Shown here in pieces: positions 45,668-54,518 of a stretch of DNA of 64,000 nt. The notes under the pieces are model-generated. The model saw only the letters and a list, made by a program, of their open reading frames with translations, was not told where the DNA came from and did no database searches. The position numbers were made by a program, and so were the translations under genes. The DNA lies in assembly GCA_001780985.1 (NCBI GenBank), contig MFJV01000001.1:158980-222979 (forward strand), written 5' to 3'. Source of the DNA: Candidatus Gottesmanbacteria bacterium RIFCSPLOWO2_01_FULL_43_11b (GTDB lineage Bacteria > Patescibacteriota > Microgenomatia > UBA10105 > UBA927). Each line of letters begins with the position of its first letter. Within the stretch, counting starts at the first letter, position 1.

Positions 45668-46723
45668 TTATACCCTGCGGGACGCAATTTTGACTTTATT
45701 CAAAAGCGCGTCGTCGTCGAGGAGTTTTCCTGCGCCGCGAACAACTGCTGTCTGAGGATCATCGGTGACCCAGACCGGCATCCGGAGTTCCGAGGCAATC
45801 AGCTTATCAATTCCCCGGAGTTTTGATCCGCCTCCGGCAAGCATAATTCCGTGTTCAACAATATCGGCAATTAACTCCGGAGGTGTCTCTTCAATTGTTT
45901 CAGCCAGAGCCTCGATAATTTCATGGACAATTGGAGATACTGCTTCCCGTACCTCTGATTCACTCACCCGAATTGACTTGGGTAGTCCAGTTTCTAAATC
46001 ACGACCTCGTACCACAGCTTGTTTCTCGGTTTTGTCAACAGGATAAGCACTTCCGACAGAAATTTTAAGGTTCTCAGCTGTTTGTTCGCCTATAAGAACC
46101 GAGTGTTTGAGCCGGACAAAGGATACGATAGCCTCATCCATTTCGTCACCGGCAATACGGATACTCCGATTAACGACAATTCCGCCTAAAGAAAGCACTG
46201 CAATTTCAGCAGTCCCCCCGCCGATATCGCAAATAAATGATCCCTGGCTCTCTTCAATGGGAAGTCCGGCTCCTATTGCTGCTGCCATTGGCTCTTCAAT
46301 GAGCCAGGCAGCCCGTGCACCAGCCAGAATCGCTGCTTCCTGGACGGCGCGCCTTTCAACTTCGGTCACCCCACTTGGAATTCCGATAACGACTTTTGGC
46401 CGGGGAATACTCGGAAGTCCTCTCCTTTTGGGACTTTCGTGGACAAGTTTTATGTAATGGGTGAGCATTGCTGCGGCTGCGTCAAAGTCTGCAATCACCC
46501 CGTCTTTTAATGGTCTAATCGCCTCAATAGTTGCCGGAGTTTTCCCTAGCATCTGTTTGGCTTCCCGGCCAATAGCCACAATCTGTTTTGACTTTTTGTG
46601 CCGTGCAACAACTGATGGCTCGCGGATAATTATTCCCTTATTCCGTACCCATACCAACGTATTTGCCGTCCCCAAATCAATTCCTAAATCATGGGAGAGT
46701 AATCCAAACAAAAAGTCAAACAT
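45668..46723 (-). CDS. mreB: rod shape-determining protein MreB
   Basis: DLGIDLGTANT start and actin-fold phosphate motifs. Confidence 0.93.
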   Translation of the reverse strand: MFDFLFGLLSHDLGIDLGTANTLVWVRNKGIIIREPSVVARHKKSKQIVAIGREAKQMLGKTPATIEAIRPLKDGVIADFDAAAAMLTHYIKLVHESPKRRGLPSIPRPKVVIGIPSGVTEVERRAVQEAAILAGARAAWLIEEPMAAAIGAGLPIEESQGSFICDIGGGTAEIAVLSLGGIVVNRSIRIAGDEMDEAIVSFVRLKHSVLIGEQTAENLKISVGSAYPVDKTEKQAVVRGRDLETGLPKSIRVSESEVREAVSPIVHEIIEALAETIEETPPELIADIVEHGIMLAGGGSKLRGIDKLIASELRMPVWVTDDPQTAVVRGAGKLLDDDALLNKVKIASRRV

Positions 46724-46773
46724 TGCTCGACCATTCTATCACAGCAGTGGATCGAACGTGATAAAATAGTGGT

Positions 46774-47292
46774 ATGAGAATTTTAAGTTTTGCAAAGAGA
46801 AAAGAAGGATCAATACGTGTGCAAGCTCAGGTCGTCGGACATACTCGTTGGCTCCAGGTTGGACGCGGGAGACAAGGACCAATTGAGGTAACATTTCATC
46901 AACCCCAACGAACCGATAAAACGCTTGCGCTTGATGAAACTGCCGGAGAAACGATCTTTGTTAGATCACAACAGGCAGAAAAAAAGAGTGGAAATTTCCA
47001 TGCTGTTGATTTTCCTAAACTATCACCCGGGGAAGTTCGAAAAAAAATTGACGTTGCCAATGTTTCTGGAGGTCAAGTACAGAATATTCGAGGGTCCAGC
47101 AGAGAAAATTGGCCGATAGGAGAAAAGCGGGATCCTGAATTTACACTCAAAAAATTGGCTCTTGGAGGATTTAAAACCAATCTCGGTGACCGTTATCAAC
47201 GCAGGTTGAAAGCATTGGATAGACTGAAAAAGAAAAGAGAAGAAGCAAAAAAAAGAAGTAAACAAGAAAGTAATGATGGCATCCCTTTCTAA
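46774..47292 (+). CDS. hypothetical basic protein
   Basis: 172-aa ORF with no motif recognised. Confidence 0.4.
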   Translation: MRILSFAKRKEGSIRVQAQVVGHTRWLQVGRGRQGPIEVTFHQPQRTDKTLALDETAGETIFVRSQQAEKKSGNFHAVDFPKLSPGEVRKKIDVANVSGGQVQNIRGSSRENWPIGEKRDPEFTLKKLALGGFKTNLGDRYQRRLKALDRLKKKREEAKKRSKQESNDGIPF

Positions 47293-47346
47293 GACGAACC
47301 TGCCTATAAACGTCAAGAGCGTAAAAAAGATGTTGGAGAAGTTTAA

Positions 47347-47835
47347 TTAAGTAGCTCGTCTACCAAGAAGAAACTCACATAATTGAGTAAGGGACTCTCC
47401 TATTAGAAAATTTTTAACATTTTTACCTGCATCAGGGCCGAAGCACGCGATAACATAGCGTTGTAACTCCTGGGGTTGTTCCTTTGCCATATGGGCAAGT
47501 TGGACGGCTTTCCTGTAGAGGTCTCCATCAAATTTTCCATTGTCGATTCCTCTCCACTGTTTTGGCAGGTTTATACCGTTTATAACATCCGGCAATCGAT
47601 TGACTGTGTCTGTTTCATCAGTGTTGGAACTCTTTAACTTCTCTTTTTTGGCGTTATCGAGCGATCGCAGATAGCCGAGTACACTCTTTTCCGGTGGTGT
47701 ATCATCCGGAAATATATGCAAATTTGCCTTTTGCCTCAATGACAAAGGATTACCAGGAATTCTTTTCTTATTCTCGTCATTTAGCCTCGGCAATCTGCCA
47801 TAATTTCTCAATCTTTCATATATTTTTATTGACAT
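47347..47835 (-). CDS. hypothetical protein
   Basis: 162-aa ORF with no motif recognised. Confidence 0.45.
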   Translation of the reverse strand: MSIKIYERLRNYGRLPRLNDENKKRIPGNPLSLRQKANLHIFPDDTPPEKSVLGYLRSLDNAKKEKLKSSNTDETDTVNRLPDVINGINLPKQWRGIDNGKFDGDLYRKAVQLAHMAKEQPQELQRYVIACFGPDAGKNVKNFLIGESLTQLCEFLLGRRAT

Positions 47836-47893
47836 ATAAACTATCCTATAATATTTAGCTCATAAAATCAAGTTCTTATGCTATACTAACTCC

Positions 47894-49864
47894 ATGTCAA
47901 CTGAACTTATTATCCGTATGTGTAATCGGGTAATACACGTAGGATTCTTTCTACTCTTTGCTCTTGTTCCTTTACTTTTAACCCCCTGGAATTACGAACT
48001 GTTTGAATACAACAAGATGATGGCTGTTTATTTTGTAACAGCGTTTGTCGTAACTTCGTGGATTATAAAATCCCTTGCTCAAAAAGAATTTCGAATTACA
48101 AGAACACCTCTTGATATCCCCATTGTTCTATTTGTTATTTCACAATTAATAAGTTCCATTTTCTCCATGGATCCGCACGTATCCTGGTTTGGGTACTACT
48201 CACGCTTTAACGGCGGCATGTGGTCAATTGTCTCATACGCACTTCTCTACTATGCGTTCGTATCAAATATTGAAAATATTACCCTTTTTATTAAAGCTTC
48301 CCTTTCAACTGCAATTGTTATTTCTCTCTACGGAGTTGCTGAAAGGTTAGGGATTGACAAACACCTGTGGGTGCAGGATGTGCAAAATCGCGTGTTCTCA
48401 ACCCTTGGACAACCGAATTGGCTTGCTGCCTACCTTGTTGCATTATCTCCAATTGCACTTACCTTGCGTTCTCCGTTTAGTTATATTCTTTCGTTTCTCT
48501 TATTTGCTGTCCTTCTTTTTACCCGTTCCCGCTCAGGCCTTTTGGGGTTTGCGGTTGCCGATGGTATATATTGGGTAATTTTGTATTTGAAAACCAAAAA
48601 AAAATTATCTCTCCGTCTTCCATTTATCATTTATCATTTATCATTTATCATTCTTTTCGCTCTCTTTAGCCCGAATTTCATTCTAAAACAGGTAGCCCCG
48701 ACTACCCCGTCTCCCACATATACTGCTCCACTTCTCGAATCCGGAGGGACGGAATCCGGAACAATTCGCAAATATGTCTGGGAAGGAGCAGTGAATGTTT
48801 GGAAAAGCTCAACAAAAACAATGCTCATCGGAACCGGAACCGAAACATTTGCGTTTGCGTTCTACCAATTCCGCCCCGCAGGGCACAATATGACGAGCGA
48901 ATGGGATTTTTTATACAACAAAGCACACAATGAATATCTCAATTCCCTTGCAACAACAGGACTGCTTGGATTAGGAAGTTATGTCTTTTTCCTTGGATTA
49001 TTTATTTGGTGGTTTATACACCAAAAGAAACAGTCAACGCTCGACTATGCGCTATTTACCGGGTGGCTTTCAATCCTCGTCACGAACTTTTTTGGTTTCT
49101 CCGTCGTCGTCACACAACTATTTCTCTTTCTCTTTCCTGCGATGATTTTTGTTCAACAATTAAACAATGCAACAATAAAACAATTGAGATTGCCATCATG
49201 GACTATCTGGATTCTCATTATTGGAGGTGCTTATGTATTGATCAAGATTGGCAGTTTTTGGTACGCAGATACACTTTTTGCCGCAGGGTATAGGTTTAAT
49301 CGAGCTGGTTCCTATGAGAAATCCCGCATATATCTCACTCAAGCAACCAAGGTAAATCCCAATGAACCGTTTTACCATGATGAGTTAGGAAGTGCGCTTT
49401 CAGGATTAGCTGTTCTTGCTATTGAGTCTCAGGATGCAACAGGAGCCTCAAAACTTGCCCAAGAAAGCATTAAAGAAAATGATAGAGCCCTTACTATTAG
49501 TCCGAATAATGTTAATTTTTGGAAATCGAGGACGAAGATATTTTACTCTTTTGCCACATTTGATCCTCAGTTTAATAGAGCGGCAATTGGAGCTTTAGAA
49601 AAGGCACTCTCGCTATCTCCCAACGACCCTAAAATCATGTATAATCTCGCAATTCTTTTCGGTCGTGAGGGAAATAATGAAAAAGCTATCGAGCTTTTGC
49701 AGCAGTCAGTTGAACTCAAACGCAATTATCGCGATGCGTACTACGCGTTGTTTATCTTTTACAATGAAACCAAACAGCCTGATGCTGCCCGGGCAATCCT
49801 CCAGTCGTACCTAGATAATGTCGACCCATCAGATAGCGACTTCCAAGAAAGAATAAAGCAATGA
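47894..49864 (+). CDS. O-antigen ligase (Wzy_C)-like polytopic membrane protein with C-terminal TPR repeats
   Basis: About 12 TM helices, an AHNEYL motif typical of the O-antigen ligase domain, and a TPR-like C-terminal 200 aa. Contains a 7-bp tandem repeat. Confidence 0.72.
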   Translation: MSTELIIRMCNRVIHVGFFLLFALVPLLLTPWNYELFEYNKMMAVYFVTAFVVTSWIIKSLAQKEFRITRTPLDIPIVLFVISQLISSIFSMDPHVSWFGYYSRFNGGMWSIVSYALLYYAFVSNIENITLFIKASLSTAIVISLYGVAERLGIDKHLWVQDVQNRVFSTLGQPNWLAAYLVALSPIALTLRSPFSYILSFLLFAVLLFTRSRSGLLGFAVADGIYWVILYLKTKKKLSLRLPFIIYHLSFIILFALFSPNFILKQVAPTTPSPTYTAPLLESGGTESGTIRKYVWEGAVNVWKSSTKTMLIGTGTETFAFAFYQFRPAGHNMTSEWDFLYNKAHNEYLNSLATTGLLGLGSYVFFLGLFIWWFIHQKKQSTLDYALFTGWLSILVTNFFGFSVVVTQLFLFLFPAMIFVQQLNNATIKQLRLPSWTIWILIIGGAYVLIKIGSFWYADTLFAAGYRFNRAGSYEKSRIYLTQATKVNPNEPFYHDELGSALSGLAVLAIESQDATGASKLAQESIKENDRALTISPNNVNFWKSRTKIFYSFATFDPQFNRAAIGALEKALSLSPNDPKIMYNLAILFGREGNNEKAIELLQQSVELKRNYRDAYYALFIFYNETKQPDAARAILQSYLDNVDPSDSDFQERIKQ

Positions 49865-50403
49865 AACCGATCGTTCATGTCCCCAATGCTGTTCTCACCA
49901 CCCCAAGTAAAACTGTAACATCATTTGATAAACGGCTCGCACAACTTATTTCTGATATGAAAAAAATTCTTCTTGGTGCGAGTAATCCTAAGGGAGTCGG
50001 GCTTGCCGCACCACAAATCGGAGAAAATTGGCGCATATTTATTACAAAACCATGGGAAAGGTCCAGAATCCGGGTGTTTATTAATCCGGAAATTATTAAA
50101 AGTTCAATAGAACGTACAGACGGCGTTCCGGGAAGAGATAACAAATTTGAAGGGTGCCTTTCCATTCTAAAAATTTGGGGGAAAGTGAAACGGATTGCAA
50201 CTATTTCGCTCCGTTATTACGACCAAAAAGGCCAGAAGCACGAAGAAGAATTCAAAGGATTTCTCGCAACCATTATCCAGCACGAAACTGATCACACCAA
50301 TGGCATTCTTTTTACCCAACGCGTTCTTGAACAGAAGGGAAAGCTCTATCAAACCGACAAAGATAAAGAAGGAAAAGAAATTCTCGAAGAAATTTCAATT
50401 TAA
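49861..50403 (+). CDS. def: peptide deformylase
   Basis: GVGLAAPQIG, EGCLS and HETDH motifs. Confidence 0.92.
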   Translation: MKPIVHVPNAVLTTPSKTVTSFDKRLAQLISDMKKILLGASNPKGVGLAAPQIGENWRIFITKPWERSRIRVFINPEIIKSSIERTDGVPGRDNKFEGCLSILKIWGKVKRIATISLRYYDQKGQKHEEEFKGFLATIIQHETDHTNGILFTQRVLEQKGKLYQTDKDKEGKEILEEISI

Positions 50404-51237
50404 ATGACCATTATTTTTTTCGGCTCATTTCAAAAGTACTCGGTTCAGGTTTTAGAAAAACTTACCAATAATTTTTCCGTTACTGCTGTTATTACTACAC
50501 CCCCAAAACCTGCTGGGCGACACATGGAACTTAAACCAACTGAGGTTGCTCTGTATGCGCGGTCCAACAAACTTCCACTTTATGAACTTTATGAACTTTC
50601 TACTATTCCCGACATTCCTCGTCCTGATTTTATCGTTGTTGCTGGTTACGGCAGGCTTATTCCTCCGCTTTGGCTCGAATTTCCCAAAATTATGGCAGTC
50701 AATATGCACCCGTCGCTCTTGCCGCAATACCGCGGCGCATTCCCTGCTGAATGGGCAATACTCAATATGGAAAAAGAAACAGGGGTAACTCTCGTTAAAA
50801 TGTCTGCGGAATTTGATAAAGGGGACATCATTGCTCAAAAAAAATTTGTAATTGAACCGAGCGATACCCGCGAAACGCTCTATAAAAAACTTTATGATAT
50901 GGGAGCAAAGCTTTTGGTCGATACGTTACCTGCCAAAATTACTCCCCGTCCTCAAGCAAGCGGTGATTTTTTCTACGCGCGAAGGCTCACAAGAGACGAC
51001 GGCTTTGTGCCGTGGGAAGAATTTACGAAGGATATCTCTAAACTTGAAAGGAAACTGCGCGCGCTAACCCCATGGCCCGGCGTTTGGACCCGCCTGCCAG
51101 CGCCTGAGCGCAGCGATGGCGGGCAGGCCAAAACCCCACAGGGAAAAAGGCTAAAACTCCTCTCTCTTAATCCTCCAACTGTTCAGCTTGAAGGCAAAAA
51201 GCCTTCCCTCTTGACAGACCTATCACACTTATCCTAG
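50404..51237 (+). CDS. fmt: methionyl-tRNA formyltransferase
   Basis: def-fmt gene order. N-terminal formyltransferase domain with NMHPSLLPQYRG. Confidence 0.88.
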   Translation: MTIIFFGSFQKYSVQVLEKLTNNFSVTAVITTPPKPAGRHMELKPTEVALYARSNKLPLYELYELSTIPDIPRPDFIVVAGYGRLIPPLWLEFPKIMAVNMHPSLLPQYRGAFPAEWAILNMEKETGVTLVKMSAEFDKGDIIAQKKFVIEPSDTRETLYKKLYDMGAKLLVDTLPAKITPRPQASGDFFYARRLTRDDGFVPWEEFTKDISKLERKLRALTPWPGVWTRLPAPERSDGGQAKTPQGKRLKLLSLNPPTVQLEGKKPSLLTDLSHLS

Positions 51238-51246
51238 TCTGAATAT

Positions 51247-51504
51247 ATGGCCCGCCGAAGACCTGCATTATTGCGACAAAAAGACATTGCTTCATGGAAT
51301 TTCATCATATTCCTCACTCTTGCTTTTATTCTTCTGGTTATCGTTTTGACTGCAAGTAACCGTATCGCTCTCGATGTTCGTAGTCGTGCAGCCGGAGCCT
51401 GTCCGTCTGTGACACTGCCGCGAGCAGAAGATTGTCCTGACGGATGGACGTTTAAGCGTGATACAACGGGTTGTGTGGCTTTTTTCTGCGAAGCTAAGCC
51501 TTAA
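51247..51504 (+). CDS. small membrane-anchored Cys-rich protein
   Basis: A TM helix followed by a DVRSRAA motif and a 4-Cys module. Confidence 0.5.
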   Translation: MARRRPALLRQKDIASWNFIIFLTLAFILLVIVLTASNRIALDVRSRAAGACPSVTLPRAEDCPDGWTFKRDTTGCVAFFCEAKP

Positions 51505-51539
51505 TTGTCATGGATCCTGAATCAAGTTCAGGATGACAA
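51505..51539. repeat. 35-bp palindromic element with ttgtcat..atgacaa termini
   Basis: ttgtcatggatcctgaa tca agttcaggatgacaa, located between convergent genes. Its termini are shared with the element at 9909. Confidence 0.6.
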
Positions 51540-51758
51540 ACTGCGGTCAAATCTCACCCTCTTAATACACCGTGTGCATAGATGCATTCTTTGAAGAGTT
51601 CCGTCAATAGGTAACGACACCCAGTGGAGGTTCGGAGCAAAGCGTCGGGAAGTAACCTGTGCCCGCTTTTTCCACTGACCTCCCGCAACTCCCGCATGGT
51701 GCGTGTGTTGCCGACCAGCAGATGAGTGTTTTTCGCAGATATCGCAAATCACCGCCAT
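51528..51758 (-). CDS. rpmB: 50S ribosomal protein L28 (zinc-ribbon type)
   Basis: MAVICDICEK...SRRFAPNLH..LCTRCIK is a bL28 pattern. Start chosen at the internal ATG 51758. Confidence 0.65.
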   Translation of the reverse strand: MAVICDICEKHSSAGRQHTHHAGVAGGQWKKRAQVTSRRFAPNLHWVSLPIDGTLQRMHLCTRCIKRVRFDRSLSS

Positions 51759-51777
51759 AGATTGTATACTATACCAC

Positions 51778-52446
51778 ATGATCGACACGCTCTTCAATAA
51801 TCCGTTAGGTTTTCTCTTCTGGCTTGTCGCCTTAGCAGTTGCGATTACAATTCACGAGTTTTCCCATGCGTACTGGGCTGACAGGCTTGGAGATCCCACC
51901 CCACGGCTCCAGGGAAGATTGACGCTTAATCCTCTCGCTCATCTGGATCCTCTTGGCACCCTGATGCTTCTTATTGTCCGTTTTGGTTGGGGAAAGCCGG
52001 TTGTTTTTGACCCGTTTAATCTTCGTCATCCCCGACGCGATGCCGCAATTATTTCCCTTGCCGGACCTGTATCAAACCTTATTCTGGCATTTGTATGCGC
52101 GGTTCTTTTGCGCATCTTATTTTCGTATCGGCTTACCGCACTATCGTCCGCAAGTACACTCGTCTATATGGCTATTGGCCTGTTACAACCCGTGATTATT
52201 TTAAACGTTGTTCTTGCCGTATTTAACCTTATTCCCATCCATCCTCTTGATGGATTTAAAATCGTCGGAGGCATTCTTCCGGCAGACAAAGCGAGAGAAT
52301 GGTATCAGCTTGAGTCCTACGGCATGATTTTTCTTATTTTCCTTATCTTCCCCTTCTTCGGCGGTGTCTCCCCAATCAGCCAACTCATCTCTCCTGTTAT
52401 CAACTTCCTCCTCAGTTTTCTCTTACCATCTCCCGCGATTATTTAA
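51778..52446 (+). CDS. M50-family (site-2 protease-like) zinc metalloprotease
   Basis: HEFSHA zinc motif in a TM helix, plus NLIPIHPLDGFK. Start chosen at ATG 51778. Confidence 0.8.
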   Translation: MIDTLFNNPLGFLFWLVALAVAITIHEFSHAYWADRLGDPTPRLQGRLTLNPLAHLDPLGTLMLLIVRFGWGKPVVFDPFNLRHPRRDAAIISLAGPVSNLILAFVCAVLLRILFSYRLTALSSASTLVYMAIGLLQPVIILNVVLAVFNLIPIHPLDGFKIVGGILPADKAREWYQLESYGMIFLIFLIFPFFGGVSPISQLISPVINFLLSFLLPSPAII

Positions 52447-52494
52447 CCCCGCGAGCACTTGACAGACACTATTCTCTTGTTCTACCATCATAAA

Positions 52495-52668
52495 TGCCCG
52501 TGTGGATTGGAGAATATTTTCCTCCACAAGTTCAAACCAAATGAGGTATCCCGCACCATACGGTGCAGGAAACAGGGTCAGGTGTCTCTCTACTGTTGTA
52601 TTGAGGCCAGCCCTTCCGATTTAAACAGTCGGGGAAAATACTTCACCACCGGGCGGAATTATTTTTCT
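52495..52668 (+). ncRNA. candidate structured small RNA (possible SRP-RNA-like; identity unresolved)
   Basis: A TTGACA-N18-TACCAT promoter lies at 52459..52488. The 5' gcccgtgtgg can pair with the 3' ccaccgggc. There are internal hairpins and GGGUCAGGUG...CCAGCCC strings reminiscent of SRP helix 8. It ends in a U-run. Confidence 0.35.
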
Positions 52669-52725
52669 TCTTGACACCTCCAACGGTTTCGCATTCTCTC
52701 ACACTTTTGATACAATAGTTTTCGT

Positions 52726-52797
52726 GCCGGAGTAACTCAGTGGTAGAGTAACTGTTTTGTAAACAGTAAGTCGCGGGTTCGAATCCCGCCTCCGGCT
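52726..52797 (+). tRNA. tRNA-Thr (anticodon UGU)
   Basis: gccggag ta actc agtggta gagt a actgt uuUGUaa acagt aagtc gcggg ttcgaat cccgc ctccggc t. An extended -10 element TGATACAAT lies 10 nt upstream. Confidence 0.88.
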
Positions 52798-53120
52798 CAC
52801 TTGGAATATTTTGACAGCACCTGTCGGTCAAAAGGTGTGTCTGAAAGAAAACGGTTAAACTCGAAAAACGCTTTGTCGTTTAAACGGTAGGTGACATTCC
52901 TCCCCTCTCTTGTTTTGAGAACCCATCCGGATAGATACATTTGTTTGAGGTGATGTGCGATTAAATTTTCGGGGAGATTGAGGTGATCAACAATATCTCT
53001 CACCCACATGGGATCATTAGCCAGAAGGTAGATAATTGCTAACCGGTGGGGATGCGCAATCCCGCGGTATTTTTTTGCAAACAATTTTGCTTTTTCTTTG
53101 AGTCTACCTCCCGTCACCAT
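52797..53120 (-). CDS. ArsR/SmtB-family transcriptional regulator
   Basis: HPHRLAIIYLLANDPMWVRDIVDHLNLPENLIAHHLKQM winged-helix pattern. Start chosen at ATG 53120 because the longer track ORF runs antisense through tRNA-Tyr. Confidence 0.78.
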   Translation of the reverse strand: MVTGGRLKEKAKLFAKKYRGIAHPHRLAIIYLLANDPMWVRDIVDHLNLPENLIAHHLKQMYLSGWVLKTREGRNVTYRLNDKAFFEFNRFLSDTPFDRQVLSKYSK

Positions 53121-53163
53121 GGTAAAGTCACTATAGCAAAAATGAGGTATAATACAACAACAA

Positions 53164-53248
53164 GCCAGGATGGCGGAGTGGCCAATCGCAACAGACTGTA
53201 AATCTGTCGCCCGTTCGGGCTGCCTAGGTTCGAATCCTAGTCCTGGCA
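53164..53248 (+). tRNA. tRNA-Tyr (anticodon GUA, long variable arm)
   Basis: gccagga..acaga cuGUAaa tctgt, a variable arm cgcccgttcgggctgc, then ctagg ttcgaat cctag tcctggc a. Confidence 0.88.
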
Positions 53249-53491
53249 CAGGCTATGAAAATGACAAAAGAAACAAACGCCATACTTTTATTAACAACGT
53301 TATCTGCATTCGCAAATCGTGACATCACCGGAATTCCAACCCCTCAATCAATAGAGCCTCTTCCATTTCATCCAAAAGGACCGATTATCAAACTTCCGGA
53401 AAAACCTAAACTATACGTTCGGACAAAAAATAAAGGACCACACAAACGCGGTACTTGACAGGATTGTACGTATCTTCTACTATTTCTCTCA

Positions 53492-53875
53492 ATGGACGGA
53501 GAACCGACGTCTGCCCCAATTTCTTCTGCCCCATCAATATCTCCAAAAGGCAAAAAGGCCGGATGGAAGCTGATTCTCTTAGGTGTCCTTCTTTTGGCTG
53601 CACTTAGTCTTGGAGGAACAGCCGTCTACCAGGCAATTCGTGGCGCACAACCTACCCCGACCCCAACACCGGCTCCCACGCCAACTCCTGAGCCGACTCC
53701 AACACCGCAGCCCTCACCGACAAAGAAACCAACGCCGACGCCAACCAAAAAACCAACGCCGACAGCAACACCAACATCAGCGCCAACCGGAACACCAACT
53801 CCCACACCAACTGAAGGCCCTACGCCAACACCGACACCGACCGGCACGCCTGCGCCCACTCCGACTGGCACATAA
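53492..53875 (+). CDS. membrane-anchored Pro/Thr-rich linker protein
   Basis: A TM helix followed by about 80 aa of PTPTP low-complexity sequence. Confidence 0.55.
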   Translation: MDGEPTSAPISSAPSISPKGKKAGWKLILLGVLLLAALSLGGTAVYQAIRGAQPTPTPTPAPTPTPEPTPTPQPSPTKKPTPTPTKKPTPTATPTSAPTGTPTPTPTEGPTPTPTPTGTPAPTPTGT

Positions 53876-53924
53876 ATTTTTCTCCCCTCTTGATTTTTTC
53901 ACACTATGATGTTTAACTTATTCT

Positions 53925-54440
53925 ATGGAAGAAAAGACAAAAGCAGGTGAAGGAGAAAATTCAGCACTGTATTACGGCATTGGAGCTGCAGTTTTGGTTA
54001 TCTTGGTTGCCGGAATTTATATTTTCCGTCCGAAAACATCTCCCACCACATCTCCTGTTTCTCCTGGTGCACAAGTAACTGATATCCCCCTTGTACGGCC
54101 AACCGGCCCAATCACTGGCTTAGCCTGTGAACTCCAATATTACAACCCGGTTGTGGGAAAGAAAGAATTCTACGTGAGTGTTGAGGGAGCGGCGCTACCT
54201 GATGCTAAATCAGTCGACTGCAACTTTACTTTTAGCGTTGCAGGAAGCGTTGTGAAGACAGACAGTATTACTGATGCAAAACTTGTTGAAGAAAAATCCC
54301 GAAACGGAAAACTATTCACCTGCACGACAGTGCCGCTTGAACTGGAACCTAGTGTACCTACAACAGTTGACTTTGCCCTCTCTGATGATCTGAAAAATAC
54401 AGCCACCTGTTCCTCCACCTTCCTCTTCCCCGCCCCCTAA
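53925..54440 (+). CDS. membrane-anchored hypothetical extracellular protein
   Basis: N-terminal TM plus a beta-rich domain of about 110 aa. Confidence 0.55.
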   Translation: MEEKTKAGEGENSALYYGIGAAVLVILVAGIYIFRPKTSPTTSPVSPGAQVTDIPLVRPTGPITGLACELQYYNPVVGKKEFYVSVEGAALPDAKSVDCNFTFSVAGSVVKTDSITDAKLVEEKSRNGKLFTCTTVPLELEPSVPTTVDFALSDDLKNTATCSSTFLFPAP

Positions 54441-54518
54441 AGCAGTCCGTATCCTATATTACACTCCTTTTCTACGGAACTCATATAATGGATATGCGTC
54501 TATGATTGGGCAATAAAA

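Noticed and set aside
53255-53458. 67-aa ORF immediately downstream of tRNA-Tyr.
   Set aside because: It has no motif and no clear ribosome-binding site, and it could be spurious. It is left out of the feature list as unsupported.
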